From contig CBDCTC010000004.1 in assembly GCA_965222125.1 (NCBI GenBank), positions 130,299-194,298 of the forward strand: a stretch of 64,000 bases of DNA. The letters run 5' to 3'. This document shows, in pieces, positions 53,624 through 62,597 of the stretch (within the stretch, counting starts at the first letter, position 1; the number at the start of each line of letters is the position of its first letter). A model generated the notes under the pieces. The model saw only the letters and a list, made by a program, of their open reading frames with translations, was not told the origin of the DNA and ran no database searches. This DNA is from Dehalococcoidia bacterium. Its GTDB lineage: Bacteria > Chloroflexota > Dehalococcoidia > Lucifugimonadales > CAZENU01. Both the position numbers and the translations under genes were made by a program.

Positions 53624-53851
53624 GGCTTGTTCAGAGTGTCCCTAGATCGTCGTTCGGTCCGGGCGACTGGCGCGACAGAGGCGGGGAGTACGTACCATAT
53701 TGTAGCAAGTGTGTGGCCCAGAGCGAGACCTCGCCGGGGTCGAAGCTTCTGGGAGACGTTGCGGTCAGCACCGACCCCACCGGTCTGATCGCGGCTCCGA
53801 CGACCTGCCGATCGGGTCTGGTCACTCTCTAATTCGTGCTAAAGCGGTTCC

Positions 53852-55538
53852 TCAGGACACGATCAGCCCCTCCTGAGGCTGTGTCCAGGGCAGATTGTAG
53901 ACAAACGCGATCTGCGGCGCGCGCGGTATCAACATTTCTCCGAAGGGCACGTCGATGACCACGGGCGCCTTGCGTTGCAGGGCGAGCGGAATCAACGTTC
54001 CCAGCTCCAGGGGGTCGTTTGCCCTCATGCCGACTGCGCCGAACGACTCGGCGAACTTGACGAAGTCCGGGTTGTGCAGGTCGGTCCCGTACGTTCCGCC
54101 AAACATCTCATTCAAGTCGCGGGCAACGTTGCCGTAGGAGTCGTTTCTGAAGACCACGACTACTACGTTGATCCCGTACTTGACCGCAGTAGCGAGCTCG
54201 ACCGCGTTGAACATGAACCCCCCGTCGCCGGCCATGCAGACCACGGGGCGGTCGGGCCTGGCCACCTTCGCGCCCAGAGCGGTCGGGAAGGCGTAGCCGA
54301 GATTGAACGAGTAGCCGGAGTCGACGTACGTCTTTGGGCGGCTCACCTTGTAGTGGGTGCGGGCGTAGTAGCCGAACTGCGTGACGTCCCAGATCACGAA
54401 GGCGTCCTCTGGAATCGCGTCTTGTATCGCCTCCAGGACGGCGTACTGGGGCTCCTTGAGGCGGATGTCGTAGTAGGCTATGAGGCTGCGGGCCGCTGCG
54501 ACCGCTTCCGCGGGTGACGAGCGCTCCCCGGCCCCGGTCTCTATCAGGAGCGGGATCAGGGCTTCGGTCGTGGCTTTGGCGTCGCCGTGGAGGGGTATGG
54601 TGTTGGACTGGACCCTCGTGAGCTCAGCGTCGTCTATGTTGATGTTCACCAGAGTGGACGACTCTCCGGCGGGATTGCCCAGCGAAAAGCGTGCGCCGAT
54701 ACCTATCACCACGTCCGCGGACTGCATCACTTCGTAGAGCCGGTTCATCTCCTGTCTGTCGCCCCGGGGGCTGAAACAGGAGCCGTAAGACAGCGGATGG
54801 CTGTCCGGTATGGTTCCCTTGCCGCCGCTGGAGGTAACAACGGGTATGTTCGTCGACTCCGCCAGCTTGACGAGGGCCTCTTCTGCGTCGGACCTCGCGA
54901 CTCCTCCGCCCGCGAATATCAGTGGCGAGCGAGACCTGGCGATGATCTTGGCGGCTTCTCTCAGGTCTTCCTGGCTTGGGACGATTCGTGAGATGCGGGC
55001 AGGATTTCGCAGCTCGACCTCTTCTCGCTCCACACCGGTGTCAGGCGGAATCTCAAGTAGAACGGGACGAGGACGGCCGGTGCGCATCTGCCTGAACGCT
55101 TCGAACACGGCGTCCGGGATCTCCCGGGGCCGGGGCGCAAGTCGCTGCCACTTGGTCACGGAGCGCACCGCGTCCGCCTGGTTGGCGATTTCGTGAACGG
55201 CCCCCAAGTTCTTGCCGATCGCGCCGCGCGGGATCTGGCCCGCAACGAGCAGCACGGGCGTGGACCGAGAGTATGCGTTGGTCAAACCGGCCGCGGCGTT
55301 GTAGAGACCGGCACCCGGCACCACCAGCGCTACCCCCGGCTTTCCCGATGCGCGCATAGCCGTCTGCCATGTACGTCGTGGCCTGTTCGTGGCGGGTCGT
55401 GATCATGCGAATGCCCGGCTCGTCCCGCAGCGCGGCGACAATGCCGTAGATCTGGATACCTGGGATCCCGAATACGACTTCGACGCCTTCCCTCACGAGC
55501 GATTTCACCAGGGCTTCGCCCCCGCTCATTTTGACCAT
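53852..55538 (-). pseudogene. Thiamine-pyrophosphate-dependent enzyme (acetolactate synthase large-subunit-like), frameshifted
   Basis: The N-terminal part is in ORF 55053..55538 (MVKMSGGEALVKSLVREGVEVVFGIPG...TTYMADGYAR). The continuation ...ASGKPGVALVVPGAGLYNAA...GDGGFMFN... is in ORF 53852..55357. The frames switch at the GCGCGC run near 55349-55356. The total span is 1687 nt, which is not a multiple of 3. Confidence 0.8.
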
Positions 55539-55642
55539 GATTCGTTCCCTCCATAAGAACAGACTCGCTAACCTCCGGCGGCCTGGCGGTCAGCCGGTAT
55601 GGCTAGGAGCCAAACGCGTGTGTCAAATAGAGACGTTCCAAG

Positions 55643-55788
55643 GGACTGTTCAGACTCGAGGAGATGGACTCGGCGCGGGGCACCACCAACCATGAAAATG
55701 AGGCTGCACCGGTAGGGGCGGGTTTCAAACCCGCCCCTACGCCAAGTCGGCCAGGGGTTATTTTCAGAGAAAGTCTGAACACCTACCT
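55643..55788. mobile_element. MITE, second copy of the CTGTTCAGACT-TIR family (degenerate ends)
   Basis: CTGTTCAGACT lies at 55646-55656 and AGTCTGAACA at 55772-55781. TTCCAAG flanks the element at 55636-55642 and 55789-55795. The interior carries the perfect palindrome GTAGGGGCGGGTTTCAAACCCGCCCCTAC (55712-55740). Confidence 0.7.
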
Positions 55789-55927
55789 TTCCAAGTCCCC
55801 GATGCGCCCCCGCCGCGAATTCTCCATCACGGCTTAGGACCCAAGGTCCGCCTTGTCGCTTACCGTTCCGTGGCTGTAAGGCCGTTAAGTGCCAGGCACT
55901 GGAGCGATTACGCTTCCGAGAGGTGGG

Positions 55928-56228
55928 TTACAAGCCCTCGACGACCACCATGTTGATGTTGGATGATCTGGAGCGGACGTCATGGAGCGACGTGTGCTCA
56001 GGCGAGTTGAGCCAGGCGTGGACCTGCGGGACGTCGTCGAATTCAAGTACGGCGAGGCGATCGGGCGTCCAGGTCCCCGATACGACCTCGACCTCACCAC
56101 CGCGCGCGACAAACGCGCGCGACAAATTTGCCGCCGTGACTCTCAACCGTGCTCGCTACACGCTCGAGAAACTGTCCATAGAGATCCGCATCCGTTACCT
56201 CGACGTCTGTTATTACGTTTGCTGACAT
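55928..56228 (-). pseudogene. DUF1330-family gene disrupted by a 13-bp tandem duplication
   Basis: From ATG 56228 the gene reads MSANVITDVEVTDADLYGQFLERVASTVESHGGKFVAR and then shifts frame. The + strand CGCGCGCGACAAA occurs twice in tandem (56101-56113 and 56114-56126). Removing one copy restores ...GGKFVARGGEVEVVSGTWTPDRLAVLEFDD...VVVEGL, a 95-aa product with typical DUF1330 length and pattern. Confidence 0.8.
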
Positions 56229-56288
56229 AGGTACGTCTTCTTTGAGGATGATGCTTGTCCGAAGTTCAACGTCATTCTACCGCTCCCT

Positions 56289-58271
56289 TCAGACAGGCTG
56301 TATCGCTTCGGACATTGCCGCGTCGTAGCGGCGGGCGCAGGCGTCGACCACCACGTCGACGTCCTCTTCGAGCAGGTATCGCTCACCGGCCAGGCGCAGG
56401 GCGTGCTCGCGGACCAGGCCGAGGTACTCGTCGCGGCTGCCGTACCGCTCCCGCAGCGACGGGCGGCTGTCTCCGGCGGCCTTCCGGGAGTCGGCCTCTG
56501 GCGCGAAGAATAACGTGAGCCCCTGCATCGGCACGATCTGCTCGGGAGCGCCGGTCTCGGGCGCGCGAGTGTTCCAGCCTGCATGGGTCGCGACCGGTAC
56601 CAGGATGTCCGGAAGTCGCACGCCGGCCGTCTCGTTTCCATCGGAGTCGACTGCCGACACGAAACTCGGATAGACTCGACCCTCGCTCACGGGGTAGGCG
56701 CCGACGCCCCTGTCGGCCTCCGGGCCGAGGTCGACTTCCCGGAGCACCCACAGCCTCTCCGGGTCCGGCTTTACATCGTCCGGGACCGGGCCATAGGACG
56801 CCAACACCTCTTCGCGGGTGACGGCGGTGCCGTCGTCGAGCCTCGGATGGCTGTTCGGCGGCGGCTCCACGCCTTCCGCTACCCAGCGGTCGAGGTTGAC
56901 GAGGGCCGCGCGAAGGAGCGGCCGGTAGTCGACGACGTTGAACCCGTGGCGGCCACGACAGCCGTCCGTCGCGTTGACACGGCCCTGCGGCAGCGAGCCC
57001 GGACCGTGCTGCGTGCCCCCGAGGTGGTAGACCCGCGTGCCCTCCGCCTGGTCCAGGTCGCATCCCGCGAGCCCGTTGATGTGCACCAGGGAGCCGTCGC
57101 CGCGCCAGTATTCGGCCGACGTGTTCGTGTAGAAGATCTTCGGCACGCCGCCCTGCTCTGCCTGACGGCTGAGCAGGCCGGAGCGCCGGCCGGTGTGCGG
57201 GTCGGACGTCTCGGTGTCCGCGAACGGGAACAGGTGCCCGAATCCGGGCGTCGACTGGACCGACGGTTGGGCGAACCGGTGGTTGAACTCCCCGCGCCGC
57301 CCGCCGGCCACGTGGGGCATGAGCCCGTCGAAGACGGGCCTTCCGTCCTCGTCCAGGTTCAGGCCAAGCGAGACGAAGTGCCTGAGCAGCCGGCCCGTCT
57401 GGGACGAGCCGAACGCGTAGGCCCGGTCGAACCCGCCGTCGACCGGGTTCAGAGGCGACGGGTCTCTCAGCCACGTTGCGGCTTCCCGCACCGCGAGCAG
57501 TCCGGCGCCGACGACGGGCGCCCGCTCGGTGGTGTAGACGAGGTGGTAGATCCTGCCGGGCTGGAACCCCGACTCAAGGTAGACGTGCTCCGCGCTGGGG
57601 ACGACGCCGTCGGCCGTCTCTTGCGCGAACCTCCACTCCGAGGGCGGTACCGGGGTGTCGGGACCGTCCTCCCAGTCACGCACGAAGAGCGCGGCCTCGG
57701 GCTTCCCCATGTCCGCGACAGGGTAGGGGTGGTGGACGCGGTCGGCCAGCAGCCAGGTGCGTTGGACGTCGTTGGGCCAGATCTGTACGACCGTCTGGCC
57801 GCGGACGGGTTTCCCGTCTATTTGAGCGCGAGGGGCCTCCAGCCCGATCAGTCCCTCGCTCCGGAACACGTCCCACTGCCATCCGATCGAGACGGTCGAG
57901 TAGCCTCCGCGGTATAGGAACCCGTCGCCGGCCGGTATTTCCCCCGAGCCCTCGGGCGGCGCGTCGCCCACGTTGAACATGGAACTCATGCCGTACCGGC
58001 GGCCGCGGTTGACCACGTCCACGATGAGGCCGCGGTTGCCGCGGTCCGGCTCCTCCGGCGCGAGCAGCGTGAAGTCGGACCGGAACAGGACGCGGCCATC
58101 GCCGTCCCGAGGCGCGAGGCCGAGGTCGACGATTGGGCTGTTGGCCCTGTTGTCGGGGTCTACGCCGAACGTGACTACGCCATCGGTCCGCCGGTACGGG
58201 CCGGCGCGCCCGAACGACTTGCCCCCGGCGAACGGTCCGCTGTGGGTCGTCTCTACGTTGACGACGGCCAT
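56289..58271 (-). CDS. Large conserved hypothetical protein (possibly an alpha/beta-hydrolase-domain family)
   Basis: 660-aa uninterrupted ORF with coding-like composition. I recall the N-terminal pattern ...GPFAGGKSFG.AGPY...G...F.VDP... from uncharacterised hydrolase-like proteins, but I cannot confirm this. Confidence 0.6.
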   Translation of the reverse strand: MAVVNVETTHSGPFAGGKSFGRAGPYRRTDGVVTFGVDPDNRANSPIVDLGLAPRDGDGRVLFRSDFTLLAPEEPDRGNRGLIVDVVNRGRRYGMSSMFNVGDAPPEGSGEIPAGDGFLYRGGYSTVSIGWQWDVFRSEGLIGLEAPRAQIDGKPVRGQTVVQIWPNDVQRTWLLADRVHHPYPVADMGKPEAALFVRDWEDGPDTPVPPSEWRFAQETADGVVPSAEHVYLESGFQPGRIYHLVYTTERAPVVGAGLLAVREAATWLRDPSPLNPVDGGFDRAYAFGSSQTGRLLRHFVSLGLNLDEDGRPVFDGLMPHVAGGRRGEFNHRFAQPSVQSTPGFGHLFPFADTETSDPHTGRRSGLLSRQAEQGGVPKIFYTNTSAEYWRGDGSLVHINGLAGCDLDQAEGTRVYHLGGTQHGPGSLPQGRVNATDGCRGRHGFNVVDYRPLLRAALVNLDRWVAEGVEPPPNSHPRLDDGTAVTREEVLASYGPVPDDVKPDPERLWVLREVDLGPEADRGVGAYPVSEGRVYPSFVSAVDSDGNETAGVRLPDILVPVATHAGWNTRAPETGAPEQIVPMQGLTLFFAPEADSRKAAGDSRPSLRERYGSRDEYLGLVREHALRLAGERYLLEEDVDVVVDACARRYDAAMSEAIQPV

Positions 58272-58302
58272 GAGTACTCCTTCGGCCGGACTGCGCTCGG
58301 CG

Positions 58303-59073
58303 CTACTGGCCGAACTCCTCGCGGAGCTCGGCGAAGATGCGCGTCGACGCGATGGTGCCGAGTGCGAGGACGCTGCTCACGTTCATCATGCGGTAGCCCT
58401 CGCCGATCCACCGTCTGCAGTCGTCCACGTCGGCGAAGGTGCTGGCGAGCGCCTTGCCCGTGCCCTGGATCTTCTGGGCCACGTCCAGCATAGCGTTCTC
58501 GACCCTGGCGTGGTGGATCTGTCCAGGCACTCCCAGGGACGCAGCAAGGTCCGACGGCCCCACGAGCAGGACTTCGAAGTCTTTGATCTTCAGCGTCTCG
58601 TCGATATTCCCGTAGGCCTCGGCGCTCTCCATCTGAATGATGAGCATCGTCTCGTCGTTGGCGTTGGCGAGGACATCGGCCGGGGCGACGCCCATCGACA
58701 TCGCGAACCACGGGGCGATGCCGCGCTCTCCTTTCGGCGGGTACTTGGCATAGCTGATCGCTTCCCGGACCTCCTCGGGGTTGTCGACCTGGGGCACCAT
58801 CACGCCCACGGCCCCGACGTCGTAGGCCTTCTTTATGTCGCCCGGCGTGTTCCAGGGCACCCGGATGACAGCCGCGACGCCGGCCTGACGAGCCATGATG
58901 CATGTCATGCCGACCGACTCGATGCCCCACGGGGAGTGCTCGTTGTCGATCCACACCCAATCCGGGTTCGTCTGGTAGATGGCCGCGGCGACGTGTGGCT
59001 CACGGCCGAACATCGCCGTGCCCAGCAGCAGGTCGTTGGCGGCGATGCGCTTTCTTATCGTGCTCGGATACAT
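58303..59073 (-). CDS. HpcH/HpaI-family aldolase
   Basis: 256 aa. Motifs: ...WIDNEHSPW..., ...VIRVPWN..., ...GVMVPQVDNPEE..., ...YPPKGERG..., ...QMESAEA.... Confidence 0.8.
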   Translation of the reverse strand: MYPSTIRKRIAANDLLLGTAMFGREPHVAAAIYQTNPDWVWIDNEHSPWGIESVGMTCIMARQAGVAAVIRVPWNTPGDIKKAYDVGAVGVMVPQVDNPEEVREAISYAKYPPKGERGIAPWFAMSMGVAPADVLANANDETMLIIQMESAEAYGNIDETLKIKDFEVLLVGPSDLAASLGVPGQIHHARVENAMLDVAQKIQGTGKALASTFADVDDCRRWIGEGYRMMNVSSVLALGTIASTRIFAELREEFGQ

Positions 59074-59316
59074 GTGGTCAATGCTCCTTGTCTGTCTCGC
59101 TTGGGGTTGAAGCCGTCGCCGCCGAAGTTTACCACCGGCGGGCGTAGAGGGATACCGGACGAGGTCGGAAGACCGCCAGGTCGACGGTCCGGTCGACGCG
59201 GTCCGGCGCCGCTGATAGACCGGGATCGGCAGACATCGCGGCAGGCTACGAGGAACGGTGAGGAGTGGACGGGGCCGGACGTCCCGGCGCCGTCAGAGCG
59301 CGGCAGGAGCGCTGGC

Positions 59317-59874
59317 TCAGCTACGGTCCTCCGACGAAGCGGGACCGTCTTCCGACGGGCCGTCCTCCGCGGGTTCCGTGGATTCGTCCGTCGGTGTACT
59401 GGCGTCGATGAGCCCCTGGATCAACGAGCCCAGATCGTGCAGGGAGGCGACGTACTGAAGACTGGCCACGGCGCCGTTGTCCAGCATGACGTCGACCTTC
59501 TGGTATCCAAGCGACTTGCCGAACATGCCGAAACGAGACCGGACGTCTCGCAGCGTCGATATCGGCACCTCGTACTTCTGGGCGCCCGCCAAGCCGCCCT
59601 GCTGATAGAACAGCGTGTCCCTTGTGAGCACGTACTCGGTTCGGCGCCACCTCAAATATCTGGGCACCACGATGACGACGATGAAGAGCGTCAGCAGGAT
59701 CGGGTCGTCCAATATCGGAAGGCCCGAAACGACCAGGATGACCGCTAGGACCAACCACGGCATCGACGACCACACCCAAGCCCATGGGACCTGTTTGATG
59801 ACCAGACCGTCTTCGGGAATACGGTCTCGGGGATCGAACTCGGCCGGCTCGGATCGCGACTCGTCGGTGCTCAT
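59317..59874 (-). CDS. Membrane protein with a bacterial PH (bPH_2/YdbS-like) domain
   Basis: Trimmed to ATG 59874. Two hydrophobic helices are followed by ...RYLRWRRTEYVLTRDTLFYQQG.... Confidence 0.55.
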   Translation of the reverse strand: MSTDESRSEPAEFDPRDRIPEDGLVIKQVPWAWVWSSMPWLVLAVILVVSGLPILDDPILLTLFIVVIVVPRYLRWRRTEYVLTRDTLFYQQGGLAGAQKYEVPISTLRDVRSRFGMFGKSLGYQKVDVMLDNGAVASLQYVASLHDLGSLIQGLIDASTPTDESTEPAEDGPSEDGPASSEDRS

Positions 59875-59973
59875 GCCGAAAGTATACATGAAAGACGGGT
59901 GGGAACAGGAGTGGGGTCGACAGAGCGAGCGGAGATTCACTGATAGGCCCACTGGGCCCGTGAAGCGGGTCGT

Positions 59974-60309
59974 CTATGTCGACGCTGCGTCCAGCTCGCG
60001 TCTGAGGCTGTCGTTCTCGGCGGTCAGGCGCTGGACCTCGGCCTCGGCCCTCTCGACGCGCTCCATGAGCTTGAGTGCGACCTCGACGCCCGCGAGATTC
60101 AACCCCCAGTCCTCCATGTAGTGCCTGATGCGCCTCAGACGGTCGACGTCGCGGCGGGAGAAGATGCGCTGCCTGCCGGGTCGTCTCGGACTGACGAGGC
60201 CCTGCCGCTCGTAGTAGCGCAGGGTCTGCGTGCGGACGCCGAGCATCCGCGCCGCCACGCTGATGACGAAGACCGGCTCGTCGTAGTCGAGCAATTCGTC
60301 GTTTGTCAT
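59974..60309 (-). CDS. hspR: MerR-family heat-shock repressor HspR
   Basis: 111 aa. The sequence ...PVFVISVAARMLGVRTQTLRYYERQGLVSPRR...RIFSRRDVDRLRRIR... fits HspR. It lies immediately downstream of a J-protein gene, as in hspR operons. Confidence 0.8.
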   Translation of the reverse strand: MTNDELLDYDEPVFVISVAARMLGVRTQTLRYYERQGLVSPRRPGRQRIFSRRDVDRLRRIRHYMEDWGLNLAGVEVALKLMERVERAEAEVQRLTAENDSLRRELDAAST

Positions 60310-60332
60310 GAGAACTTCCTCGTCCGTGAGGC

Positions 60333-61217
60333 TCAGGTAGCGCGCTTGCCGCGCAGCTCCTTCAGCCTGCGGAACAGCTCCTGCTCCTCGTCGCTGAGAT
60401 TCCCGGGCAATATGGGCCGCACTGTCACCAATAGATCGCCCACGGACTCAGGAGATCCCAGCCGCGGCATGCCCTGGCCCTTCAGGCGTATCTTCTGGCC
60501 GTTCTGGCTCTCGGGCGGTATCTTCAGGCTCAGCTTGCGCCGGAGCGTCTGCACGTTCACCTCGCCGCCGAGCACCGCGTCCTCCAGCGGTACCTCGACC
60601 TCGGTGTGCAGGTCGTCGCCTTCGCGGGTGAACTGCACGTGAGGGGTAACCTCGATGTTGAGATCGACCTCCTGACCCTGCCCCGGGTTCACGCGCACCA
60701 CGGAGCCGGTCTTGACCCCGGACGGGATGGTGACCTCCAGCCGGCGCTCGCCGCCGCGGGTGGTGATCGTCACGGTTCGCGTGGTCCCGGCCATCGCCTC
60801 TTCGAGGCTGACCGTCACCGAGGTCTCCAGCCGGGTTGGGCCCGCGCTGCCGTGGCCGAACGGGGAGCTCCCCAGGAGGTCGTCGAAGTCCACGGACTGG
60901 CCGCCGAAGCCGCCCGCGCCCCTGTGGGCACGCCCGGTCCAGGTGAACGGGGGCTCGTACCCTCCAGCCGCGTCCCCCATGCGGTCGACGTCCCGCCAGT
61001 TCGCCCCGTAGCGGTCGTACTTCTTCCGGCTGTCCGGGTCCGAGAGTACCTCGTATGCCTCGTTGACCTTCTTGAACCGGTCCTCGGCCCCCTTGTCGTC
61101 CGGGTTCAGGTCGGGGTGGTGCTTGCGCGCGAGCCGTCGATAGGCCTGCTTGATCTGCTTCTCGTCGGCGTCTCTGGGTACGCCGAGCTCGCTGTAGTAG
61201 TCCTGAGCGGGTGCCAT
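60333..61217 (-). CDS. cbpA: J-domain co-chaperone, type II (CbpA-like, no zinc-finger region)
   Basis: 294 aa. The J domain reads [34 protein letters not shown]. No Cys-rich CxxCxGxG repeats are present. Confidence 0.8.
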   Translation of the reverse strand: MAPAQDYYSELGVPRDADEKQIKQAYRRLARKHHPDLNPDDKGAEDRFKKVNEAYEVLSDPDSRKKYDRYGANWRDVDRMGDAAGGYEPPFTWTGRAHRGAGGFGGQSVDFDDLLGSSPFGHGSAGPTRLETSVTVSLEEAMAGTTRTVTITTRGGERRLEVTIPSGVKTGSVVRVNPGQGQEVDLNIEVTPHVQFTREGDDLHTEVEVPLEDAVLGGEVNVQTLRRKLSLKIPPESQNGQKIRLKGQGMPRLGSPESVGDLLVTVRPILPGNLSDEEQELFRRLKELRGKRAT

Positions 61218-61321
61218 GGGATGCTCTTGTCACTCCGTAGACGCTGCCGTTCTGGTATGGGTAGAATAGCACAAATGCCACAGTGGTTCGAATAGATCAT
61301 ATGCGTAGCGCAGCATATATA

Positions 61322-61351
61322 TTGACACGTCTATGATCATTTAACTATAAT
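61322..61351 (+). promoter_or_regulatory. Near-consensus sigma70-type promoter TTGACA-N18-TATAAT upstream of hsp20
   Basis: TTGACA at 61322-61327 and TATAAT at 61346-61351, in an AT-rich divergent spacer. The ATGATCAT palindrome (61333-61340) sits in the promoter spacer. The hsp20 RBS AGGAGG is at 61411-61416. Confidence 0.55.
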
Positions 61352-61422
61352 GCGATCAGCGCTGAGGCGGCCCACCCTCACGACAGAAAAGAAGGACGAA
61401 GCAGCATAACAGGAGGTGCGCA

Positions 61423-61863
61423 ATGGTTTTGCAGAGATGGTACCCACTGGCGAGCAGGCGAATCGATCACGACCCCTTCGACCGGCTATGGAATGGCTTC
61501 TTCACCCCAGCCGGCCCAACGACGGGAAGCTTCGACCGGACGGCTCCCCTGGACGTGCGTGAGACCGACGAAGAGATCGTCGTCACGGCCTCTCTTCCCG
61601 GCGTAGCGCCCGAGGACATCGATGTGACGATCGAGGACCGCGTTCTGTCCATCCGGGCCGGTTCGGCTGCAGAGGACGAGAGCGAGGAGGGCAGCTACCT
61701 GGTCCGAGAGCGCCGGACCGGCTCCTACCGCCGCGCGCTCCGGCTCCCGGGGTCCGTGGACGCCGAGAAGGTCGTGTCCGGCTACGAGCACGGCGTCCTG
61801 ACGATCACCTTGCCCAAGCGCGAGGAGGCGCAGGCCCGTCGAATCGAGGTCAAGGTAGCCTAG
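61423..61863 (+). CDS. Hsp20/alpha-crystallin small heat-shock protein
   Basis: 146 aa. Motifs: ...PLDVRETDEEIVVTASLPGV..., ...SYRRALRLP..., ...GVLTITLPK.... Confidence 0.85.
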   Translation: MVLQRWYPLASRRIDHDPFDRLWNGFFTPAGPTTGSFDRTAPLDVRETDEEIVVTASLPGVAPEDIDVTIEDRVLSIRAGSAAEDESEEGSYLVRERRTGSYRRALRLPGSVDAEKVVSGYEHGVLTITLPKREEAQARRIEVKVA

Positions 61864-61898
61864 CGCGGCTGACCTGACGACCGCTCGGTCTACCCGTG

Positions 61899-61937
61899 AG
61901 GCCCCTCCGCCCAGTATGGCGGAGGGGCCTCTTTTTT
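61899..61937 (+). terminator. Rho-independent terminator after hsp20
   Basis: The stem AGGCCCCTCCGCC (61899-61911) pairs with GGCGGAGGGGCCT (61918-61930) and is followed by CTTTTTT. Confidence 0.8.
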
Positions 61938-62014
61938 CGTCGGCGCCTGCTACCGGGGGCGGCTTGGGGCGCGGTCTCGGCTGCTATAATCGGCCTTGGT
62001 TCGGGAGGTCGACG

Positions 62015-62581
62015 ATGCCGAAGGTGTACACGCGCCGGGGAGATGCCGGGGAGACCGGTCTGCTCTTCGGAGGCCGCGTCGCCAAGGACGACCCCAGGTG
62101 CGAAGCCTACGGCACGGTCGATTCCGCCCTGTCGGCCATGGGACTCGCCCGCGCCCTATGCCGGGACCCCTGGGTGAAGAGCGTCCTACTGGACGTACAG
62201 CGGGACATGTTCGTCGTCGGGTCCGAGCTGGCCACCGACCCGGCCGATCACGCCAGGCTCGAAGCGACGTTCGCGGTTGTGACCGCCGACATGGTGAAGA
62301 AACTCGAGGAGCTCATAGACAGGGTGAACACCCAGATCGACCTGCCCGCCGCCTTCATCGTACCCGGCGGCTCCGCGGCGTCCGGAGCGCTCGACCTCGC
62401 GCGCACGCTGGTGCGGGAGAGCGAGCGCCGAGTCGTGTCGCTGAGAGGCGGACCGGCGGAGCCCGATCCCCAAGTGCTGCGATATCTCAACCGGCTGTCG
62501 GACCTTCTTTTCATGCTGGCCCGGTTCGAGGACAGGGACCTGCCGGCCGAGCTCTCGTCCGGGGAGGAGCGGGCCCTGTGA
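62015..62581 (+). CDS. PduO-type ATP:cob(I)alamin adenosyltransferase
   Basis: Trimmed to ATG 62015, which has GGGAGG upstream. MPKVYTRRGDAGETGL... is the hallmark N-terminus. Confidence 0.8.
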   Translation: MPKVYTRRGDAGETGLLFGGRVAKDDPRCEAYGTVDSALSAMGLARALCRDPWVKSVLLDVQRDMFVVGSELATDPADHARLEATFAVVTADMVKKLEELIDRVNTQIDLPAAFIVPGGSAASGALDLARTLVRESERRVVSLRGGPAEPDPQVLRYLNRLSDLLFMLARFEDRDLPAELSSGEERAL

Positions 62582-62597
62582 CCCGGGCCCGCGAACG

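Noticed and set aside
53624-53645. GGCTTGTTCAGAGTG next to the IS5 end, considered as a solo TIR of the CTGTTCAGACT MITE family (an IS inserted into a MITE).
   Set aside because: Only an 8-nt core (TGTTCAGA) matches, which is expected by chance in 64 kb. No matching opposite end was found left of the IS.
61218-61422. HAIR (CTTGAGT-N7-ACTCAAG) or CIRCE operators expected near hspR/hsp20.
   Set aside because: Neither consensus was found on either strand by eye. Only unrelated palindromes are present, and these are reported as a finding.
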